A DNA stretch of 64,000 bases from Takakia lepidozioides (Eukaryota > Plantae > Bryophyta): contig CM060733.1 of the NCBI GenBank assembly GCA_030704615.1, forward strand, positions 64,914,001 to 64,978,000, in the 5' to 3' direction. Positions 27,316-36,897 of this stretch are shown in pieces; within the stretch, counting starts at the first letter, position 1; every line of letters starts with the position of its first letter. Below the pieces are notes generated by a model. That model saw only the letters and a list, made by a program, of their open reading frames with translations, had not been told where the DNA came from and did no database searches. The translations under genes were made by a program, and so were the position numbers.

Positions 27316-28252
27316 TGTTAGAGGACTGTCGGAGACTTAGACACTTATACGGGATCTGTAGGGTACCCTTAATTTTTGCACAGACTGAGACCAACAGGAG
27401 CCTTAGGGGTGACAGCAGCGCACTGTAGAAGAAGGTTACACAGCCCGTCACAGTCGTCACAGCCAACACAGCCAACACAGCCCGTCACAGTCGTCACAGC
27501 AAATACAGCCGACACAGCCGACACAGCCCGACACAGCCACACAGCCAGTCACAGCCCGACACAGTCGCACAGCCAGTCACAGCCCGTCACAGTTTCACAC
27601 AGCCAGTCACAGCTTGACACAGCTGTCACGATCATAGGGAACGAAGAGTAGGACAGGGAACGACTGTGGGGAACAACACCTGCGAAGGGAACATGTTAGT
27701 TCACAGACACGGTAAGTGAGGGAAACGGTTAGAACCGCGGATAGGAAGATAAAGGGAGAAACGGGGAATTGAGGGACATCATTCGGAGGAGAACTTCTTG
27801 GTGATAGAGGAGAGGGGATCGGGCAGAGATGAAGAACGGAAGTGAAGATAGAGAGATGATGAGTAGATGCTTGATATATGCAAGGCTGTAATGATATTGT
27901 AGAGGAGATTAGAGACACAATGGCTTCGGCCTGATACCTGATAAATCATAATCGGATACCTTTACGATACAATCACACTGTGTAGAGAGATCTGAGTGAA
28001 GCTGTGGAATGAATGGATGAGTTGATGGAATCCAATAGATTGATAAAGCAAACTGATACTTAATTATCAATGGTAAGATAGTTAACATGAATACCAAAAG
28101 GGAAACAAATAGGAAACACCCCCATGATACACTAGCTGTAGGTCATGACTGATTGTTCTGCGCGGGCTGAGTACTTAGAGATTTCCAACTCTTCAATCTT
28201 GGAGTTTCCGCCTCGAATAGCGAAGGGATGGGTGAGTAAAAGCCGCACGACA
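27316..28252 (+). repeat. 3' LTR of Gypsy family B copy 1 (937 bp) with internal CACAGC microrepeats
   Basis: TGTTAGAGG...CGACA immediately after the PPT; homologous to 38346-39327 and 39680-40014. Confidence 0.92.
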
Positions 28253-29664
28253 TTGAGCAGGGAGGAGTCTGCCGCCTTCACCTTGAGGATGACACACTCC
28301 ACCATGTAATGCCAGCCAATGTGCTTGGCATGGTTCTGCTTGATGTACTCCCACCAGGCGAGAAGTCGGTGATTCCCGTCCCACACAAAGAACATTTTAC
28401 CCGACATATGGCCGAAGTCTGGATCACCCTTCAGCGTCGCCTCGAATTCGTCGTTGCGAGTGTGCCAGTGGGTATCCCACGTTGACAATTCATCGGCAGT
28501 GGGTCCACGAGTTTCGCCGTCCTCATTCTCAATGGAAACGTAAAACGCTGCCGATCCCAGACGGTACCCTTCTCGAAATGCGAACTTGAGCTTATCCACA
28601 TCTCCGGGAAGGGCCTGCCTGACGATGGGAAGGGAGACCATGCGACAGAGTGGGATTCGAAGAGTCCGCTGGAATACCCTGCTGCCCAGAACTCTGCCAA
28701 TGCTACTGTGTGTCTCCTCCAACATTTTATCCGCTGCACTTTTGAAATCCTCCGGAGACATGTCTGTAGGTGCCGGTAGTGGCTGAGCAGCTGGAGCATC
28801 CTCAACTGGAGCTGCAGTCTGGGGCCTGTCTGCGGGCAATTCTGCCATTGCAGAGGCCTCCTCCGGGCCTGCTTGCTCATCGGTGGTGAGGTCTGGCTGC
28901 GAACGTTCAGCGGCAGCACCCTCCTCCGGTACCAAATCGAGATCAACGGTCGATCCATTGCCTTCGCTGCAGCAGAGTCGGCCCCAACATCTGCAGGCGG
29001 GAAATCCTCCAGGAACTGAGCTTCAGCTCGTGGAAGCGGTTTTGCGGGAGATTGTTCGCCCGTCGCCCTGATTGCCTTCTGCTTCCTCATCCTTGCAGGT
29101 GAAGGTGTCTGCTGCAATTGAATCTGTCTTCTACCCTGCTGCTTCATTCGCGTTGGGGGGGGTGAATCGGCCTGAGCCGGTTCAGAAGCCAGTAGAGGGA
29201 CGGGCTGCTTCTTCTTCGACTTTGCTGGAGAAGGGCCCGACCCCTGCTGGCGATTCTCCATGACCGAAGAACGCGAGTCGATCTCTGGGGCTTTGAACTT
29301 GCCCTTTGAAGACGCGTCTTTGAATCGCACAAGGCTAGGCCCGGCAGGAATACCCGCGCTCGGGGATCGGGTGGGTGTACGTGCTGCAGCTAGCTCCTCA
29401 AACTCTTCCTGCGGCTCTTCGGATTCCTGCGATCCCTCCAGCACGTCCACCTTTCCTGTTAGGCATGCAAACATGTTCTGCATTCAAGTCTCCTAGCATT
29501 CAGTCTAAGAATTACAGAAGCAAAATGGGGGGTTCGGTGCTCGATCAGCTGCGCACAGCCCAATCGCATGGAGCTCTCACTGGTGGCTGGGTTGCCTGAG
29601 TGGCCTGCTGCTCGGAGATGGCAATCTCCTCCTGTAGACGCATCTGCTTCCTCCCCTTCGGCAT
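28253..29664 (-). pseudogene. 5' half of the ParB-like/MTase gene, copy 2 (cleaner), cut by the Gypsy insertion
   Basis: MPKGRKQ... start; low-complexity N-terminus; RIPLCRMVSLPIVRQALPGDVDKLKFAFREGY...MFFVWDGNHRLLAWW (DGNHR at 28366-28380); homologous to 17164-18290. Confidence 0.8.
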
Positions 29665-30103
29665 TGGCCTACGTCCGAAGTATAATTTCCGGAGCTTGCG
29701 ACGAGGTCTCCTGTCTAGTGCACGAACTCCCCCCCTCTCAGGTTCGAGCATAAGAAGAACAGAGAGAGGGAAAAGGGGCAAAGAGTGCAGATGGAAAGGG
29801 CGCGAGAGGGGTGACTGAGGAGACACGACAAAAGTAGATGAAACGGCGGTGATGCATCACTTGGGTTTGAAAGGGTTGGACGAAAGTGTCTCCTCGTGGA
29901 GTTTGCGTCATTACGAAATTCGAATCGTTGAGGGTACGCCTGCCGTCCGAAAAACAAACATCATTATCCAACGGTCAGGCCGCGCCGCCTCATGCCACTT
30001 CAGTCAGATAGAGTGCCGACATGTGCCGCAATTCCGTTGCTCCACGTGTTCACATTTCAAGGTATTTCCGTCCCAGCGTCTGATCAGTTGGAGCGAAAAT
30101 GCG

Positions 30104-32020
30104 AATGCGGCGCCGCATTTCCGTTAAGTACCATCACGAAGCTACACATCCGTACTTGTTGGAAGAAAATGCGGCACCGCATTTCCGTTCCACCTTCACA
30201 TACCTTAGTTGTTGAACGGAAATACGGTGCCGCATTTCCGTCCCACAGCTCCATGTACGAGATTCAAAAGGGAAATGCGGCGCCGCATTTCCGTTCTGGA
30301 ATGTCGAAAGGTGCGATTCGGACGGGAATGAGGCACAACATTTCAGTTCCCGTGGTTCATGATTTTCAATGTGAACGGAAATGCGGTACCGCATTTCCGT
30401 TCCCCCTTCACATACGTTAGTTGATGAATGGAAATGCCGTGCCACATTTCCGTTCGGGAAAGTATAGAGGTCTCACCTAGACAGAAATGCGGTGCCGCAT
30501 TTCCGGTCTCCAAAGTTTGAAGGTCTCACATGGATGGAAATGCGGCAACACATTTCCGTAGCACAGCTCCAGGCCCCATATAGAAAACGGAAATGTGGCG
30601 CCGCATTTCCGTTCTAGAATGTCGGAAGGTGCGACTCGGACAAAAATGCGGTGCCGCATTTCTGTTCCCGTTGTGCACGATTTTCAGTCAGAACGGAAAT
30701 GCGGTACCGCATTTCCGTTCTGTAGAGTATTAATGTCTGACGCTGGCGGAAATGCTGTGCCGCATTTTCGTTCCACAGCTCCATGCCTCACATACAAAAC
30801 GGAAATGCGGCGCCGCATTTCCGTTTTGGAATGTCGGAAGGTGCGACTCCGACGGACATGCGGTACCGCATTTCAGTTCCGATGTTTCAGGATATTTCAT
30901 CAGAACGGAAATGCGGTGCCGCATTTCCCTTTTGAATCTAATACATTCCGTTCTGGAATGTTGGGAGGTGCGACTAGGATGGAAATGCGCTGCCGCATTT
31001 CAGTTCCGATGGTTCACGATTTTCAGTCAGAATGGAAATGCGGTACCGCATTTCCGTTCTGGAATGTTGGTAGGTGCGACTCGGATGGAAATACGCTACC
31101 GCATTTCAGTTCAGATGGTTCACAATTTTCAGTCAGAACGGAAATGCGGTACCGCATTTCCGTTCTGGATAGTATGAATGTCTCAAGCGGTCGGAATTGC
31201 GCTGTATGAAGCTGTCGGAATCGCACTCGGCTCCATGCATCAGATACAAAATGGAAATGCGGCGCCGCATTTCCGTTCTGGAATGTCGGAAAGTGCGACT
31301 CGGACAGAAATGCGGTGCCGCATTTCAGTTCCCGTTGTTCATAATTCTCAATCAGAACGGAAATGCGGTACCGCATTTCCGTTCCACCTTCACATACCGT
31401 GCTTGGTGGATGGAAATGCGGTACCGCATTTCCGTTATGGATAGTATGAATGTCTTTTAAGGACGGAAATGTGCTGCAACATTTCTATCCCTCAGCTCCA
31501 TGCATCAGATACAAAATGGAAATGCGGCGCTGCATTTCCGTTCTGGAATGTCGGAACGTGCGACTCGGACAGAAATGCGGTGCCGCATTTCAGTTCCCGT
31601 TGTTCATAATTCTCAATCAGAACGGAAATGCGGTACCGCATTTCCGTTATGGATAGTATGAATGTCTTTTAAGGACGGAAATGTGCTGCAACATTTCTAT
31701 CCCTCAGCTCCATGCATCAGATACAAAATGGAAATGCGGCGCCGCATTTCCGTTCTGGAATGTCGGAAAAGTGCGACTCGGACGGAAATGCGGTGCCGCA
31801 TTTCTGTTCCCGTTGTTCATAATTCTCAATCAGAACGGAAATGCTGTACCGCATTTCCGTTCCACCTTCACATACCGTGCTTGCTGGATGGAAATGCTTT
31901 ACCGCATTTCCGTTCTGGTGAGTAAAAAGGTTTCCTCCGGACGGAAACTCCGTGCCGCATTTCCGTCGCTCTGGTGCGTGACCAAGAAGCAAAACGGAAA
32001 TGCGGCGCCGTATTTCCGTT
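30104..32020. repeat. Phased array of about 35 palindromes (CGGAAATGCGG-YR-CCGCATTTCCG), period about 53 bp, with about 5 recurring spacer types
   Basis: Units start near 30218, 30271, 30325, 30378, 30430, 30484, 30536, 30589, 30643, 30695, 30748, 30801, 30855, 30907 ... 31837, 31890, 31943, 31996. Confidence 0.95.
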
Positions 32021-32443
32021 CACCAGCAATCGAAAGAATCACTCGGGACGGGAAATCTGGAACCTGAATGGGTTGCATTGTTCCGAAACAACATTGCGGC
32101 CTGTCTTGATGAGCACAACTTGGTTGTCTGACCGTTTTAACCAACAGTCCTGGCACTTGTCAGTGCGAACGTTCCTGTCTGCACCGAGAATACTGCTGGA
32201 TCCACCCTCAGGAGAAACTGTCAGGAGATGTTATTTCGTCGCCGAATCGGCCATCATTGTCATACTTACTGGCTATGGAATCAAACCTCCCACCTTCATG
32301 CATGTAGCTTGAAACAATACTTTCCACTTCAATGTGCGACTTCCAATCGTCGATGGACTCCGCAGATCCACTTAGATGGTGCCTGTGAGCCTTGGTCTGT
32401 CGCTATACTGAACCTCGCACTTGCCAACTCCGTGCGGTGTTCG

Positions 32444-35400
32444 ATGGCTCCGAATTCCTACGCTATAGTTTGCTGTCCTCCGCAACTTGGGAGAGCCTGG
32501 ATCCCAAACGAGGGAGGACTTTGCAGAGTGACTGAAACTTACCTTTGTTCCAAATTCAAGCTCAAACCGGGCACAGTTTATTTGGAAGAAGAAAGGAAGG
32601 ATGTTCCTGGACAGGTTGACGAGACCATTGTCGTGCTAGGTAACGACGGAGGTTGCGGAATCGAATGGCACGTTCCCCCGTCAGACACCATCCTGTACCG
32701 AGCTGTGGGAATGCCCATTCCCTTTCCGAATCAGTCGCTGCCCACACCATCCACAAAGGAGTCCGAAAACCGAGAGGCGGCCACTGCCAACAGAGAGGTA
32801 TGCAACGATAATCATTCCCGACCTGGACCGTCAAGACCCTCCATAGCTTCTCGTGTGGACGTATTCGACATTTCTGACGAGGAAGATGATTGCATTGAGG
32901 TACCCATGTCCTCCACACGGTCGTTCAAATCCGGCATGGACGTCTCTATCGGTGCTACGAATGTGCCCTCGAGCATAACTCCAACCCGGTCCATTGTGCA
33001 GCTCCTACGACAACATCACCTCGATGGTTCTTGCTCCGAGCTGGCTGCTCTCGACTATGCCAAATTCCCAGTCAGAAAGGTAACTTTTCTGCCTCCCGAA
33101 GTCGATGGCAATGTCATCTTCGAGTTTCCACCTGTTTCTTCGTCAAACAAAGCCTCCGGGATGTTAACAGACATGGATCGAAAGCATGACGGACACCCCT
33201 GGTGTGTGACGAAGACCAGTAGCACGAAAATTGCTGATGGTGTTCGTGTACGATATGTCCTCTGTGCGGGGAAGCTGAGGTGCCTCAATCCCACCTGCTT
33301 CCACTTTCTCTCCAAAGGAGGGCGGAGAAACGAGACGGATTGGACTGGCACAACGCATCATCCATTCATTGTCTCCAGCCAAGCTCCTGCGGGTTCTTTC
33401 AAGTGTGCACATTGCAAAGAACCACCGACGTGCATGTCCATGTGCAGAGCCAAGCAATATTACGTAATCCATTTGCTCCCGGACTTGACTAGAGCTTGCA
33501 TACACGTTGGGGTCCACTGCCACCCCTTGGCGAGAGGCAACATGCGTGAGGCTGTGCAGGAAGCACACGACATCATAAAAGAGGAGGTGAAATTGAGCCC
33601 CGGAGCCAGACCAAAGAAGATTCAGCTGAAGGCAGCCCACAAGATTGCTCTTGGCAAAATCATGTCTGAAGATGGTTCCGACCGAGAGCCCTTGACCGAA
33701 GACGAGATGCGTGACCTCTTGGAGTCCGTCTCGCACGTTTGTAGTCCGAATGTGCGGAATCACATCGTATCTTGCAAGCAGGAGTTCGGCAGGGGGTCGG
33801 ACATGTACTCAATCCTGGAGGTGAAACGAATGACTGGATATGACTACATCCAAGGTAGCAGGTTTCCAGGGCAAGGCATCGAATCCGATCGTTGTTACAT
33901 TTTCAAAATGTCGACGTGTGGGCCTGGGAGTGGAGTCGACTTGGTCACTCGCATGACAACTGGAAACTTGTCGAATGCTTGGGTGATGTTTGATCACATC
34001 AAGCGAATTACAAACCATCAGTGGGTGACTATGGGTGCGCATGTTTATGACTATCACTCCAAGATGCTCATGACGATTGCAATCTGCGAGATGAAAGGGG
34101 AGGACACACAGCCCGAAATGCATCTGTGGGAGGGCATAAACCAGCAGATGGCAAGGGCGGGATTGCCAGAGCCCAATTTCAGGGGATTCATGGCAGACAA
34201 CGCTCAGGCCAACTGGGCAGCGGTGCGGCGTGTGTACGGTGAGGACCCCAATGTTCCAATGGAGGGGAAAGAGAGATCCTGTGGATTCCATTGGATGCAG
34301 AGTCTATCCCACTACACTACCAAATTTGTTGCTAGCTCATTCCAGGCTGAACACCGTGTCCTTTGTACGGCGTGGAAGGATGCACCCACATTTGATGACG
34401 CGGAGGTTAAGTTTGCTATCATCAAGGCTTGGTGAAACACGTCAGATGCAGTGGAGACAACCAATCTGGGAGCATTGCACAGCTGGTTGGGGTGGTGGCA
34501 TTTTCGGTATCGACAGTTCGGACAGTACATGCGGGAGGTAGGTTGCTGTCAATTTCGTTCATTTGTCTTTATGTTACGGACATTTTGATTGGTCCCTCAC
34601 CATTGTTTGTGTCCTTCTAGGAGCGGTGCTTGGATTCCGACACGGACATGCCGAACACAAATATGGCAGAATCGGTCCACTCCTCCTGGCGAGCGTCTTC
34701 TGCCGCACATCTGGTGGACGTAGTGACGGCCACAACGGAGGACATCGACAGAGCAATCATGCAGCAAGCCACGTACTACAAGTTGCTGAGTGGCAAACAA
34801 TGGGGCTTTGGGCCGGACAGGGAGGAATTGTTGGTACGAACAGCTTTGAGGTCCAAGAATCCACTGAAATGGGCGACAGCATTGCGAGAGAAGATCAAAG
34901 GGACGCCTCTGCACCGCAGAGGTGAACACCTAGAGGGGGACGTCCGGACTTGCCCTGTCAAGCGGAGGATTGAAGAGGAACCCGGGTGCGAAGAGGATTC
35001 CTGGAGATCCGACAGGAACATTCGGACAGCACCTCGAGGTCCCGTCATGTTGCCGCACAATATGTCTTCCAGCAGTGGAAGCCCAAGAAATTCCAGATCG
35101 CCGTCGCCTTCAACCGGGAATTTTGTGCGAGAAATTCCCACCGCTCCCTTGCCCCAGATTCCGCCCGCTGTTATGCAGTATGGCCAAGCCATTGTGGAGA
35201 CGACTGTGTCTGCATCACAGTGGAGAATTGCTCGCACAAAGCCGTCGTTTCGAGGAAGGTGTTCCGCAATTCGTGTGGATACACGGCAACGTTGTTTAGA
35301 GATGATAAGGAGGAATCCAGATGGGGCTGTCCCTGCTCCTACTTTTACAGGAAGATTTGTCCATGCAAAGTTTGCGGAGGCGACAACCACCCAGTTCTGG

Positions 35401-36051
35401 TTCTGCAGGCACGACATTATGACTTGCGTGTATGGAAAGCCCAAGTACGGCATACAAACAATGCCAGAGGCTCCCCCGGTGTGGCCGGTGGAACCAGGCT
35501 GCGATCTGAGTCAGGTTGAGGCCGACGCCCTTACCGCCGCAGGATTTTGGATGGTGCAGCGCACTGACGTCCCCAGAGAACCATTTCCGCTTCCACAGCC
35601 TCCACCACCGACCCCTGTGAGAGCAAGAACAATGGGACACGACAGCTCTAAGCATCGTACACACCGTTGGGGGAAACCGAAGAGGCGGCGACCTCCCTCA
35701 AAAGTGAACGAGACAAGGATGGGGAATGCACTTCGGATGAACTGTACAATCCAGAGCTCGACAGAAGTGCCCCCACCAGGATTCGGGCGTGTGTATCAGA
35801 TGGCCACGGCGGGCTCAGCTGTTTGCAATGAGGTGTACACCATCACCATTTCAGAATTACCCACCTGCAATTGCACCGACTTCCAGATCATGGCGAACAA
35901 GGGGGCATCATACTGCCCTTGCAAGCATTTGTACTACGTGTACCTAAAGAGACTCCGTTGTAATTCCACAACTCATCACTTCATACATGCACCAGGGTTG
36001 AGCCCCCAGGAGGTTCACACTCTTCTGAATATGGATCCAGGGGACCAGTGA
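32444..36051 (+). CDS. Mutator-like DDE transposase with N-terminal GCM/WRKY-like Zn domain and C-terminal SWIM finger; one intron and one in-frame stop
   Basis: CAGKLRCLNPTC...CAHC..C...C...CIHVGVHCHP; WVMFDH, FMADNAQAN, SCGFHW, NMAES (D-D-CxxH-E); SWIM CNC..CPCKH. TGA at 34433-34435 lies within an otherwise open frame; GT-AG intron 34538-34620. Confidence 0.8.
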
Positions 36052-36639
36052 GCTTGGCTTGCGGTCCCAATACAATGGTACGCCCATCCTTTTCGGATAG
36101 TAGAACTGTACTGCTGCCAGTACCTCAGACTCTGGCCACAGAAAGGTCCGACTTATGTCTTGCCTACCAGTAACCTGTTTTGCTCGAACTAAGATATTAC
36201 TATATCGTTCACTTGCTTCCACGTGCATGTATTTTTGTATGTTGGAGGGTTCATGTTTTTCTGCTTTCCGAAAACTTGCTTTCCTCATTCGACCTCCGAC
36301 AAGGAAATGCGGCGCCGCATTTCCAAGTATCGTCGTAGGTACTGGTATAGGCGGCCTTCGCCAACACCAAACCGCTCCGAAATTTCGCACGTGCGAACCC
36401 TAATGCGGCACCTTATTTCCCAGTTCAGTTGCAAACCTTTCCCGCCGAATACCCGAAGAAGACAGAATTGTGAAGTAATGCAGACTGTATTGGTGCAGAC
36501 TCCATTGGTTCAATCGCGGCAAAAGGGTCAGCTTCATTCCAATGTTAAGGCATGTAAAACCACGGAATACTCTATACAGGCCAGTATGCGACGTCCTTTT
36601 GCAGTGGTATGCTGGATTTCCCGTTGCACGGTCACTTAT

Positions 36640-36897
36640 TTCCATGAGCGGATCTAAAAAACCATGAGCGGACTTGTTATTGACGACATATCTTTGCCGC
36701 ATTACATGATCTGGAACGTCCAAAAACGGCAAGGTCAAATAAAAAAACTATTATTTTAATACTTGTTTAATCTGCCGCATTTCCAAATTTGGAGGAGTCC
36801 GCTCATGAAATCCGCGTATCTTAGACTTCGGCTCACCGCTCATGCGGCTCATGCGGCTCATGGCTCATGGCTCATGGTTTCTGCTCATGAAATAGTA
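36640..36897. repeat. Sub-terminal GCTCATG(CG) repeats, probable right end of the ParB/Mutator-like element
   Basis: CATGAGCGG near 36643 and 36663, CCGCTCATG near 36799, tandem GCTCATGCG/GCTCATG at 36838-36888, then an abrupt switch into Gypsy internal sequence. Confidence 0.65.

Larger units (their letters stand above)
19888..28252 (+). mobile_element. Non-chromovirus Ty3/Gypsy element (family B, copy 1), 5' part lost in the gap; inserted into the ParB-like exon
   Basis: Protease end (LLLGRPWL), RT remnant, RNase H (HCDASG), integrase (WGLDFVGP, SDQGSHF, GQAE, GPY), 3' extra ORFs, PPT GAGGGGGGAAGGGG at ~27299-27312 and LTR 27316-28252. Confidence 0.92.

Noticed and set aside
30104-32020. 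CRISPR array (palindromic repeats with ~30-bp spacers)
   Set aside because: Spacers recur in higher-order blocks, repeats are degenerate, there are no cas genes and the context is eukaryotic.
29992-32156. Many short ORFs with CGAAFPF, EMRRRIS or NAAPHFR repeats
   Set aside because: They are translations of the palindrome array in all six frames.
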